Positions 1 through 11,745 of a stretch of 64,000 bases of DNA are shown one piece after another; within the stretch, counting starts at the first letter, position 1; the number at the start of each line of letters is the position of its first letter. The translations under genes and the position numbers were made by a program. The notes under the pieces were generated by a model. That model was not told the DNA's origin. It worked only from the letters and a program-made list of their open reading frames with translations, and ran no database searches. This stretch comes from Squalus acanthias (taxonomy: Eukaryota): positions 83,826,001 through 83,890,000 of the forward strand of contig CM059432.1 of assembly GCA_030390025.1 (NCBI GenBank). Direction: 5' to 3'.

Positions 1-510
1 GCTAAAATAATGCACTCCATGTTTGAACCCCTCCAATCAGGTTTCCGCCATTGCCACAGCACTGAAACGGCCCTTAGCAAGTCACAAATGACATCCTATG
101 TGACTGTGACTGTGGTAAACTACCATATCATCCTTCTCGACCTGTCTACAGCCTTTCACATGATTGACCACACCATCCTCCTCCGTTGTCCAGCTGGGTG
201 GGACTGCCCTTGCCTGGTTCCATTCCTGTCTATCCAGTTGTAGCCAGAGAATCACCGGAAATGGCTTCTCATCCCACTCTCACACTGTTACCTCTGGTGT
301 CCCCCAAGGATCTATCCTTGGGCCCCTCCTATTTCTCATCTACATGCTGCCCCTCGATGACATCATCTGAAAACTCAACGTCAGGTTCCGCATGTATGCT
401 GACGATATCCAACTCTACCCCACCGTCACCTCTCTCGACCCCTCCACTGCCTCTGATTTGTCACGCTGCTTGTTTGCATCCAGTATTGGAAAAGCAGAAA
501 TTTCCTCCAA
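1..510 (+). mobile_element. L2-type LINE reverse transcriptase fragment (decayed)
   Basis: Frameshifted pieces [44 protein letters not shown]; same family as the minus-strand copies at 53.7-55.9 kb and 58.2-61.2 kb. Confidence 0.85.
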
Positions 511-744
511 TTAAATTTTGGGAAAGTATTTTAAAATTTATTGTTGAAGTTTTAATGCAAACTTGCTGTTACCTAAATCATTATTTTCTAATGTTAGTTT
601 GTCTTTGTTTTGCTCTTTATTATTTCTTTCACACCAATTTTCTCTCCACCTCTCGTCTCCTGAACACATTAACTCCTTGCCGGGTATGGTTCCACTGGTG
701 TTGCTTATCTCCCTCCAGTACCTCACCCAAGGGCTCTTTATTTA

Positions 745-3700
745 TGGTCAGTCTAGACAGTAGGCCTGAGACCAGAAGGAGCGGACCTGGAGGGAACACA
801 GCGAAAGCGGAGCAGTTAAAAGGACCAGCCCAGAGCGGCAGCAACCTGAAACCAAAAGGAGCGGACCTGGAGGGAGCACAGCGAGAGCGGAGCAGATAAA
901 AGGAGCGGCTGCAACTCAACAGAGGCAGTTTTTGAAAAAGTGACATCAGAATAAAAAAAAGTAACATCGGCACAAGGAAAGGAGCTGATTGGTGAGTAGC
1001 TGATGAGTGTATTTTATTTTAAGTTTAGAAGTTTATTTCTGCTAAGTTAGTTAATAGCCTATTAAATAGAGGGAAAGAGCTGATTGGTGAGTCGCTTGGG
1101 AGTGTCTTTTGTTAAGTTTTAAGTTTATTTTGGCTGGGTTAGTTTTTTGTCTATTAACTAGAGGTAGGGCAGCTCAGTCCTGTGGAGTGCACATCCTGTG
1201 CCATGTGGGAAGTCCTGGATGCTTCACGTAGCCTGGACGACCACATGTGCGGGAAGTGTCGCTAGCTACAGCAACTCGAGCTCTGGGTTTCGGAGCTTGA
1301 GCGGCAGCTGGAGTCACTGCGGTGCATCCGCGAGGCTGAGAGTTACGTGGATAGCACGTGTCTAGAGGTGGTCACCCTGCAATATAAGAGTATGCAGGCA
1401 GAGAGGGAATAGGTGTCCGCCAGACAGAAGAGGAGGACCAGGCAGGTAGTGCAGGAGTCCCCGGAGTGCATCGCGCTCTCCAACCAGTATTGTGTTCTGA
1501 GTACCGGTGAGGGTGATGGTTTCTCTGGGGGGTGCAGCCAGAGTCAAGTCCACGGCACCAATGGTGGCTCAGCTGCACAGGGGGGGGAGGAAAAAGAGTG
1601 GATGAGCAATAGTGGTAGGGGATTCGATAGTTAGGGGAGCAGACAGGCGTTTCTGCGGCCGTAGACGTGACTCCAGGATGGTATGTTGCCTCCCTGGTGC
1701 CAGGGTCAATGATGTTACTGAGCGGCTGCAGGACATTCTGAGGGGGGAGGGTGAACAGCCAGAGGTCGTTGTCCATATCGGTACCAATGACATAGGAAGA
1801 AAGAGGGATGAGGTCCTGCAGGCAGAGTTTAGGGAGCTAGGAGAGAGATTAAAAAGCAGGACCTCAAAGGTAGTAGTCTCCGGATTACTCCCGGTGCCAC
1901 ATGCTAGTGAGTACAGGAATAGGAGGATAGAACAGTTGAATGCGTGGCTGGAGAGATGGTGCAGGAGGGCGGGCTTTAGATTCCTGAGGCATTGGGACCG
2001 TTTCTGGGGAAGGTGGGACCTGTACAAGCCGGACGGGTTACACCTCAACAGAGCCGGGACCAATATTCTCGCGGGGAGGTTTGTTTGTGCTGTTGGGGAG
2101 GGTTTAAGTTAGCTTGGCAGGGGGATGGGCACCAGCATATAGGAGTAGAAAAGAGGAATAAGGTGCATAAAAGAGTGAGTGTGTTGGATAGTACTAGAGA
2201 AGATAGTACTGGAGGCGATAGTAGTACCATATTAGAAAGGAGCAGACTAAGAAAGACTACGAAAAATTCAAGAATGGGTTTAGAATGCATGTACGTAAAC
2301 GCACAAAGTGTGGTGAATAAGGTTGGTGAGCTACAAGCACAATTAGCCATCTGGCAATATGATGTTGTGGCAATAACGGAAATGTGGCTTAAAAATGGTG
2401 AGGACTGGGCACTTAATATTCAAGGTGTTCAGAAAAGATAGGGAAGGAAAAAAGGGAGGTGGAGTGGCAGTACTGATTAAGGAAGCCATTGTAGTGTTGG
2501 AAAGGGAGGATGTTCTTGAGGGGACAAGGACAGAATCCATTTGGTTAGAGTTGAGGAGCAAAAAGGGTATGATCACACTATTGGGGGAATTCTATAGGCC
2601 TCCAAATAGTGAGAGGGAGGTAGAGGAGCAAATCTGAAGGAAAATCGCAGAGATATGCAAGAGCTATAGAGTAGTGATATTGGGGGGCTTTAATTACCCA
2701 AATATCGATTGGGATAATGCTAGGGTAAAGGGAAAGGAGGGGGAGGAATTTCTGGAATGTGTTCAGGAGAATTTCCTTGACCAATATGTTCTTGGCCCAA
2801 CTAGGAAGGAGGCATTGCTGGATCTGGTGCTGGGGAATGAGGTGGGCCAGGTCGACCAAGTGTCTTTAACAGAACACTTGGGTACGAGTGATCATCATAT
2901 CATAAGATTTAGATTAGCAATGGAGAGGAGCAAGGGACAATCTAGAGTGGAACTTCTAAACTGGAATAGGGCTAACTTCAATGGGATGCAAAAGGATCTA
3001 GCCAGGGTAAAATGGAACCAAAGACTGACAGGAAAACCTGTAACGGAACAATGGGTGATCTTTAAGGAGGAGATGTTCCAAGTACAGGCTAGGTACATTC
3101 CAACAAGAGGGATGGGTAAGGGAACCAAAGCAAGGGCTCCTTGGATGATGAGGGAAATAGAGATGATGAAACAAAAAAAGAGGGTGTATGATGCATGTCA
3201 GGTGAATTCTTCAAGGGAGAACCAGACCAAATACAATAAGTTGAGAGGGGATGTGAAGATGAAAATATAATTGGCAAAGAGAGAATATTAGAGTAGAATG
3301 GCAGTTAACATAAAAGGGAACCCAAAAATCTTCTACCGGCATGTAAACAGTAAGCGGGTAGTAAGAGACGGGGTGGGGCCTATTAGGGACAAAGAAGGTG
3401 TTATATGCTGAGAGGCGCAGGGCAAGGCAAGAATACTCAATGAGTACTTTGTATTGGTGTTTACTAAGGAGGTGGATGCTGACAAAATATCAGTAGAAGT
3501 GGAAAAGGTAGAAGCAATGGAAGGGGTGAAAATTGATAGACAGGATGTACTAGAAAGGCTGGGTATGCTTAGAGTGGACAAGTCGCCTGGTCCAGATGGT
3601 TTGCATCCCAGGTTGCTAAGGGAATTGGGGGAGGAGATAGCGGAAGGGCTTGCCATAATTTTCCAATCTTCCCTAGATGCGGGGGAGGCGCCTGAGGATT

Positions 3701-5145
3701 GGAAAGTGGCAAATGTGACACCATTGTTCAAGAAAGGGTGTAAGGACAATCCTAGTAACTACAAGCCGGTCAGTTTAACATCAGTGGTGGGTAAAGTTTT
3801 TAGAAACAATAATCAAGGAAAAAATTAACGGGCACTTGGATAGGTTTAAGTTAATTAAGGAGCGCCAACACGGATTTGTAAAAGGCAGATAGATCGTGTT
3901 TGACTATTCTAATTGAATTTTTTGATGAAGTAACAGAGAGGATTGATGAAGGGAATGCAATGGATGTTGTCTACATGGATTTTCGGAAGGCGTTTGACAA
4001 AGTACCACATAGAAGGCTGGTTAACAAAATTGAGGCTCATGGAATAGGTGGGTCAGTGGCAGCTTGGATAAGGAATTGGCTTAAGGACAGAAAACAGCGA
4101 GTTGTGGTAAATGGCTGTTTTTCAGACTGAAGGATGGTAGACAGTGGTGTTCCCCAAGGGTCAGTGCTGGGGCCACTGCTTTTTTTGATATATATAAATG
4201 ACCTGGATATTGGAATGCAGAGTAGAATTTCTAAATTTGCCGATGACACCAAACTTGGGGGTGTGGCAAACAGTGATGATGATACCAATCGACTGCAACA
4301 GGACATAGAAAGGCTAGCAGAATGGGCAGACAAGTGGCAGATGGAATTTAATACAGAGAAGTGTGAGGTGATGCATTTTGGCAGAAGGAACAGGGAGAGG
4401 CAAAATACACTTAATGGCACAGTTTTAAAGAGTGTTCAGGGACAGAGGGACCTGGGAATTAATGTGCACAGTTCCCTGAAGGTGGTAGGACATATTGAGA
4501 GAGTGGTTAACAAAACATATGGGATCTTGGGCTTCATAAATAGAGGTATTGAGTACAAAAGTAGAGAAGTTATGCTGAACCTTTATGAAGCGCTGGTTAG
4601 GCCACAACTGGAGTATTGCGTCCATTTCTGGTCACCACACTTTAGGAAGGATGTGAAGGCACTTGAGAGGGTGCAGAGATTTACCAGAATGGTTCCGGGG
4701 ATGGGGGATCTTAGCTACAAGGACAGGTTGGAGAAGCTGGATTTGTTTTTATTGGAGCAGAGGAGGTTGAGGGGTGATTTGATAGAGGTGTACAAGATTA
4801 TGACGGGTTTGGATAGGCTAGACGGGGAAAAGCTGTTTCCACTAGTTGATGGTACAAGGACTAGGGGACACAGATTTAAGGTTTTGGGCAAGTGATACAG
4901 GGGGGAACGTGAGGAAAAACTTTTTTACGCAGTGAGTGGTGAGGACCTGGAACTCGCTGCCGACGGACGTGGTGGAAGCGGAGACACTCAATGTTTTCAA
5001 GGGGAGATGGGATAGGCACTTGAGGGAAATAAATTTGCAGGGCTATGGGGATAGAGCAGGGGAATGGGACTGACTGGATTGCTCTACAGAGAGCCGGCAC
5101 AGACTCGATGGGCCGAATGGCCTCCTTCTGTGCCCATATGACTCT
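745..5145 (+). mobile_element. Near full-length CR1 LINE (5'UTR, ORF1 zinc-finger/coiled-coil/SGNH esterase, ORF2 APE endonuclease + RT), inactivated
   Basis: ORF1: VECTSCAMWEV..CGKC, then GDSIVRG..VVVHIGTND..DGLHLN (1612-2112). ORF2 fragments: [36 protein letters not shown]1 3' end gggccgaatggcctccttctgtgc. Many stops and frameshifts. Confidence 0.93.
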
Positions 5146-5665
5146 AGGAAGGTGTGATTTGTGTTGGGCAGTAGCAGGCATTAGCGAATCAACAGCCTGT
5201 TTTACACACCACCCGATTTTCTTTTCCATTGACCTCGCTATTGCCCATTTTGCGCTGCGACCCAAGACGACTTTCACCCCCTAAGCAATAGCCACTTACT
5301 TGACTTGCAGGATACATTACTGCTGAGCATGATTCGGTCCTCACCTAATGCTCACACGTAGATACTTCCAGCACGCGGGAGGGGGGTCACTAGATAGTGA
5401 TCAGAACCCACTTTTTTCATCCCTAATCTAATTTTAGCATGAGTATTGCTGAATCTGCTAGTTCAGCACAGACTAGAAATCGAACTTGTGATTTTCCTGC
5501 ACACCTAAGCTCACCACTGTCAAGCTATTGAAGAAGTTACTGATCTGTTTGGAACTTCTCTCATAACTATTCATTCACCTAAAATGTAACGTATAGAATC
5601 ATCAAAACACAGAAACAGAAATTTGGTCCATCAAGTCTGCACCAATGTTTTTCTCCACATGAGCA

Positions 5666-6904
5666 GACTCCCACAGCTACCTGGACTACACTTCCTCCCA
5701 CCCCGCCTCCTGTAAGGACTCTATTCCCTTCTCCCAGTTTCTCCGTCTCCGCCGCATCTGCTCCGACGATACCACCTTCCATACCAGTGCTTCCGACATG
5801 TCTTCCTTTTTCCTCAACCGAGGATTCCCCTCTACCGTGGTCGACATGGCCCTCGACCGTGTCCGTTCTATCTTCCGCACTTCTGCCCTCACCCCGGCCC
5901 CTCCCTCCCGGAACCACGATAGAGTTCCCCTTGTCCTCACCTTTCACCCCACCAGCCTCCACATTCAACGGATCATCCTCCGCCATTTCCGCCACCTCCA
6001 GCGTGATCCCACCACCAAACGTATCTTCCCCTCACCTGCCCTTTCAGCATTCCGTAGGGACCGCTCCCTCCGAGACACCCTAGTCCACTCCTCTATCACC
6101 CCCAGCACCCCTTCCCCCTCGCCCGGCACCTTACCGTGCAAGCGCAGGAGATGCAACACCTGCCGTTATACATCCCCCCTTCCCACTCTCCAGGGCCCCA
6201 AACACCCCTTCCAGGTGAAACAGCGATTTACTTGCACTTCTTGCAATCTAGTATACTGTATTCGCTGCTCACGATGTGGTCTCCTCTACATTGGGGAGAC
6301 CAAACGCAGATTGGGTGACCGCTTTGCGGAACACCTCCGTTCAGTCCGTAAGGGTGACCCCGAGCTGCCGGTCGCTTGTCATTTTAATTCACCTCTCCAC
6401 GCCCACTCAGACCTCACCGTCCTCAGCCTCGTGCATTGTTCCACGGAAGCTCAGCGTAAGCTCGAGGAACAGCACCTCATCTTTCGTTTAGGCACTTTAC
6501 AGCCTTCCGGACTCAATATCGAGTTCAACAATTTCAGATCATAACCTTGGCCCCTACCACATATATATACATTTTATCCACCCTTTTGGTTCGTGCCTTT
6601 TTCCTTTTTTTTCTCTCTCTCCCCCTACGGCAGCTGTCTCTCATTCTGCCAGCATTTCACACTTCACCTTTTGTTTCTTAACCTGTCCCATTACCATCTT
6701 GTCTTGCCTTGAGCATCTCTTAATGTCTCTACTTACCATCGTTATTCCTCCTCCCAGCCTCCCCCTTGCATTTTTATCTGTTTCATTTCTTGCTCTTTTC
6801 TCAGTTCTGACGAAGGGTTTCGACCTGAAACGTTAACTCTGTTTCTCTCTCCACGGATGTTGCCTGGCCTGCTGAGTTTTTCCAACATTTTCTGTTGTTG
6901 TTTC
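5666..6904 (+). mobile_element. Penelope-like retroelement, 5'-truncated (RT C-terminus + GIY-YIG endonuclease + 3' repeat region)
   Basis: ORF 5798-6544 with PLVLTFHP, CxxxxCxxC, NLVYCIRCSRCGLLYIGETKRRLGDRFAEH, VACHFN, PSGLN; upstream DSHSYLDYTSSHP. Confidence 0.92.
6803..6838 (+). ncRNA. Minimal type-I hammerhead ribozyme in the Penelope 3' region
   Basis: AGTT-CTGACGA-AGGGTTTCGACCT-GAAA-CGTT-AACT: both core boxes, helix II hairpin, helix I AGTT/AACT, palindromic AACGTT in place of helix III. Confidence 0.75.
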
Positions 6905-7422
6905 GTCTAATCTCCTGCTTGATCCACATATCCTTTAATATTAATCTTTTTCAAGCAACTGTCTAATTCCCTTTAAAAATATACTTAAAGACTATGCTTC
7001 AACAATGGTTTTTGGTAAAGAATTGCATATTTTAATGACCCTCTGTTAAAGAATTTTTTTAACCTTCCCTTTAATTCTTTGTGTGATTATCTCAAATTTG
7101 TTACCTCTTGTTACCATCTTGCCAACAAATGGAAATCTCAGTCCCAGTGAAAAAAGCCCTAATTTCTCAATTGTCTCTTCATACCTGTCACTCCTGATCC
7201 TAGTGAATCAAAGTTGCACCTTTTCAATTGCTTTTTTTCCTTCCAATAATGAGTACACAACACTCCAACTGTGGACTAATTAAGGTTTTGTACAAATTCA
7301 ACATTACCTACCTGCTTGTGTATTTTATGCCCCTAGATATAAAACCAAGGGTTCTACTTGCATTTTTGTGGCCTTATCTATGCATGCCCACTCTTAATTA
7401 TCTGTGTGGCTGCAAAATCAAA

Positions 7423-8132
7423 GGGCTGGATTTTCATTGACCCATGGAGGTGGGTTTGGAGGCGTGTGGGGGGTTAAAATTGCGAAAACTGGCAGGCGGG
7501 CACAAGCCCGACTCCATCCCACCTCCACGCAATTTTCATTAAATCGTGTCTGCTGGGCCCGACTCCGTCCCGCCTCTTAGAGGCGGGATAGGGTGTTCAG
7601 GCCCTTAACAAGCACTAAATTGCCTCTATAATGCCATTTTGAAAGGCCTTTGTGATTTTAACCCTTTTTCTACGTGAAGCACGCCTGTTCTGAACCACGA
7701 ATGTGAAACCTGGTGGGAGCACATTTGGATAGCTGATGCTGGCTGGCTGGCTGGCTATTGGGATGCATATATGGATGGCTATGTGGATGGATGCATATAT
7801 GGATGGATGGGGAGGAGACATATCTGGGAGTGGTGATGTAAAAATATCTGGGAGCAGACTTAGGGCTGCTGCTGCTCATTTTGCATCCAGGTCCTCTCAC
7901 AGCAAAGGCCAGGCAGTCTTTGCAGACCTTCAATGCAGCAGCAATGATGACATCATCAGAGGCGACTTTCAGACTGAAAACACTAATTGGTTCATGGGTT
8001 CCCACATGCTGGAACTCAATTGCCCAATTAGGTGAAAATTGCATCAATCTCCCACATCCAATTGCAGTCGGGTGGATAACACAAAAAGTGGATGACACGA
8101 CCCCAACCCGCCCCAGTATCAAAATCCAGCCC
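7423..8132. mobile_element. Non-autonomous Harbinger (MITE), derivative of the 28891-33220 family
   Basis: Perfect 12-bp TIR GGGCTGGATTTT/AAAATCCAGCCC, 3-bp TSD AAA; both subterminal regions resemble the full-length element. Confidence 0.9.
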
Positions 8133-8762
8133 AAAGTCTCTCTGCTCCTCTACTTCATACTATTTAATGTGCACTCCCTTTCACCATATTATCTCACATT
8201 TCTCTACACTGAACTGCAGCTTCCACCTATCTGCCCAGTTTACCATCCTATCTGCCCAGTTTTCCTATCTGTACTTCTGAAGTCTTTTACAGAACTTGTC
8301 ACAAATTGGCATGTCGCCAAATCGGTGTCATCAGTAAGTTTTAATCCTGTTCTCTCAACTCCTAAATCCAGCTCATTTATGCATAAAGTAAATATGCATA
8401 GTCCCAACATAGACCCTTGTGGAACACCACTAATCAAATCTTTTCAGTCTGAGAAACATACCTCTACCCTTTATGTTATAGCATCAAGAGTAGGTTTTTA
8501 TGCAGTGAGGTGAAGAATTTATATTTGGAGGTATATTGTTATCTATTATGATTGCAAATTGTTCCTGATTTTTATAGTTGCTACCTGCAATCTTTGAGAC
8601 ATACAAACTGATTGTATTCCCCGGTCTTGCTGCAGTGCAATATGGATGCATGCAGTAATACTTGCTTAGAAGCAATTTCCTTTTAGTTAACAGACTCTGC
8701 TTAAGAAACTAACCCATAGGTACTATGTAGTAAAGAGAGCATTAAAATCTTTGATCATTTAC

Positions 8763-8863
8763 CTTTTTCGATGCCTGTTCTTCTTCTATGCCATCTCCCA
8801 CAACAACATACACTACTTTTCTGCCAAACCTTTGAATTATTCGTTCAAAGCAGCTTTCCTTTC
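8763..8863 (-). CDS. EYA1: EYA1 penultimate coding exon (101 nt; [34 protein letters not shown]), C-terminal HAD motifs
   Basis: actttag|GA AAG GAA AGC TGC...AAA AAG|gtaaat; catalytic K and GDGxEE motifs are present. The last exon was not found in the window. Confidence 0.95.
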
Positions 8864-8985
8864 CTAAAGTAAAGTATGTAAATTGTTAACTTAAAATAAC
8901 TTCATTGTTTCACTATTGCACCAAAGTCAAATATTTTGTTTAAGTGCAGCATGGTGGCTCAGCAGGTTGAAGCTATAACATGCAC

Positions 8986-9265
8986 ACAGGGTCGGCCATT
9001 TAGGACTGAGATGAGGAGAAATTTCTTCACTCAGAGGGTGGTGAATCTTTGGAATTCTCTACCCTAGAGGGTTGTGGAGGCTCAGTTGTTGAGTCTGTTC
9101 AAGACAGAGATCGATAGATTTTTGAATATTAAGGGAATCAAGGGATATGGGGATAGTTCAGGAAAGTGGGGATGAGGTAAAAGATCAGCCATGATCTTAC
9201 TGAATGGCGGAGCAGGCTCGAGGAGCCAAATGGCCTCCTCCTGCTCCTATTTCTTATGTTCTTAA
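8986..9265 (+). mobile_element. CR1 3'-terminal fragment
   Basis: Nearly identical to 35380-35655; tail ttcttatgttctt. Confidence 0.88.
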
Positions 9266-9910
9266 AGGATGTGGGTTGTTGCTTAGAATTCCTTGTATGA
9301 TGAGCTGCCAATATCAGCTATGTCATCAAAGGGAAGCACAAAGTGCAGGCAAGACATTTATCTACATAAAGGCAGAGAAAATGAGAGAGAAATAGCATTT
9401 TCTAGTAACCAGTCATAGAGCAGCATTAGCAAACAAATGGGAGCAAGTCAATCAGTGTCTTCCTGGCTGGGAATAGTGGGTGATAATGGAGATCAAGTAA
9501 GGGGAAGTTAACCAAAAAAAAAGTATTTTATAAGTAGATTGTTACATAAAATAAAGTAATTAATATTGTGTATTATTATGAAATGAATTAAAAACTCCAA
9601 ATGACCTCAATTCAACGTACACAAAGAAATGCAAGTGACTTTATACCATTCATGTGATCTCCTATTGTTATACCATATATTTCAAAGATCTGAATGATAT
9701 AACAATTAACTGCAGTTTATTCTGTCTCATATAAAAGCTTTTCTTACAAATACAGCCAGAATTTAACATTAATGTGCTTATAATCATATCTGTAATGGGG
9801 AGATAAATGTAGTAAATGAAACTGGAGAAGTGCCAGATATACTTGAACTGAAGATGAAGTGAAATGTAAGTACTTCTATTAATTGCAATTCATATTCTGA
9901 TATGACTCAC

Positions 9911-10032
9911 CTATTTTTGTTGCACTATAGACGTTTTCAATTGGAAAAACAATTCCTAATCCATACAGCAAGACTTTGGCAAGAGCAGGTATCAGTTGTG
10001 TTGTTGTTACTAAAATATTTATACAGTTTGAC
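9911..10032 (-). CDS. EYA1: EYA1 coding exon (122 nt; [40 protein letters not shown]), HAD motif II region
   Basis: tttcag|G TCA AAC TGT...AAA ATA G|gtgagt; contains [20 protein letters not shown]. Confidence 0.95.
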
Positions 10033-10772
10033 CTGAAAGACAACATATTTTTGGCATTACTAAAGGTTGCACTATAAAGCTCGTATGATTAATCAGTTGT
10101 AAAACCAAGTAAAACAAATTCTGCCATTTTGTTACAATGCAGGTACCACAAATGATGTCATATCTCTACCCTTTTTATATAAATGCACTGCTCTGCACTT
10201 AGTACAGATAAAAAAACGGTTTTGGATTGTATTATAGAGAGATGGTTAACAACAACAACGTGTATTTATATAGCGGCTTTAACTTAGTAAAACATCCCAA
10301 GGCGCTTCACAGAAGGCTTTTAGGCAGAATTTATATTTGCTAAACTATTATAACAAAAGACTGCAAAGAAGAAAGGACTTAAGCCCTCACACATTTTACA
10401 AATGCAACCAATGTGTAATTAGAACTATTTAAGTAGAATAAACAACAAAGTGAATTTGATTGTAAGGGTGAGATTCATAAATCTTTTTAAGTTATTTTCT
10501 CTCATTCCCTTTACTTGGCTCTCCTCTTCCTCATAGCTCCCCTACTTAAGTAGGCAGTTGGTGATCTGCTACTACACCACTGCCAATGCTGCTGCAAGAA
10601 ACAGTCATTGGGATGTGAAGGACATCAAACTGAGGTGACTTTCTCTAATTTTCCCACTGTCTATGTTTTGAAGTTATGGTTTCTTGTCACTACTTCCCTA
10701 CAATATAGCATGGTTGAGATTGACAATTCAGCCCATGGAGAACTGTGGTTGTAAATCTAGTTTCTAATACTC

Positions 10773-10949
10773 TGGGAGGAACTTTCAATTAGGCAGGAAC
10801 GTAAAACTTCCATTGAAGTCAATGGAAAGGAAAATCAGGCGGGCTGTATAACGGGTGGCCAATCCGATACGCCAATCCGATACGCCAATCCGATACGCCA
10901 ATCCGATACGCCAGTTTTACGGCCCCACCGAAATTGAACGTTCCGCCCC
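10773..10949. mobile_element. Short MITE (Harbinger-like ends) containing a 13-bp tandem repeat
   Basis: Imperfect TIR gggaggaactttcaatt / aattgaacgttccgcccc; (GCCAATCCGATAC)x4 at 10858-10909. Confidence 0.65.
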
Positions 10950-11630
10950 ATGTCATAGCACTTATAGTAACATAATAACAGCTTATAACAGTTTCATGCA
11001 GAAGAAGACGTTCGGTCCATCTAGTCCACCTATCCACAGCGTTCACTTGATGTATTTCTATTAACCCTGAATCCCATTTGTTGACAAATTACTGTTTCTT
11101 GTTTCACCACCTGTGACAGCAAACTGTTCCATGTACTTATCACCCTTTCAGTTAAAAAAGTTTATCTTTATTTTTTATGTTCTTTTGTTGTGCTTAATTT
11201 GTAAATATGACCCCCTTGTGGTTATATTCTATACATGGCAGTAAAGCTTATGGATCCAATTTGTCCAAACCGTTCAAAATTTCTTTAATCATAGCATTTT
11301 ACAGCACAGAAGGAGACCACTCACTTTCTTAGTCTTCTCTTTTCAAGACAGAAAAGAACCAAGTTAGTCAATCTTTCTTTATACATGGAGCCCTAATGTG
11401 CTTTACTACTGAACCACTCCACTTCAACTTATTTTTTTTAAATGCATACAACTATCAGCAAAAATAAGGACAAAATAATATATTTATGCTTTGCTTTCTA
11501 TCTCTTTACTTGTCAAAGTTTTTTTGCAGATAAACCTACTTTTTGAGGCTGATGTCTTTTATTTTAAAATGTTTTCATTAATGGAATGACTTCAGTTCAC
11601 TGGAGACTGCAAGTTCACTTCCACCCTCAC

Positions 11631-11745
11631 CTTGAATGAATGAGTGTGAGCACTTTCAGTGCAAGTGTTAACCATGAATCTGTTAGAGCTTCAATTTCTG
11701 CTCGCAACTGCAACCATGATTCCCTTTTAGTTGGACCAAGGAGAC
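11631..11745 (-). CDS. EYA1: EYA1 coding exon (115 nt; [39 protein letters not shown])
   Basis: cttag|GT CTC CTT GGT...CAT TCA AG|gtgagg; phase 1 to phase 2, in frame with both neighbours. Confidence 0.95.

Larger units (their letters stand above)
5590..8480 (-). mobile_element. Old decayed CR1 3' fragment split by a Penelope (5666-6904) and a Harbinger MITE (7423-8132)
   Basis: CR1-like 3' end at ~5590-5660 continues at 6905-7420; RT remnant SGVPQGSMLG..LTDDT at 8240-8437 (-). Confidence 0.7.

Noticed and set aside
1..8760. Terminal EYA1 exon (..PFWRISSHSDL..LEYL*)
   Set aside because: No match seen; the region is almost entirely repeats, so the exon probably lies before position 1.
10858..10912. 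Short direct repeats resembling a CRISPR array
   Set aside because: No spacers, 13-bp head-to-tail units, eukaryotic context.
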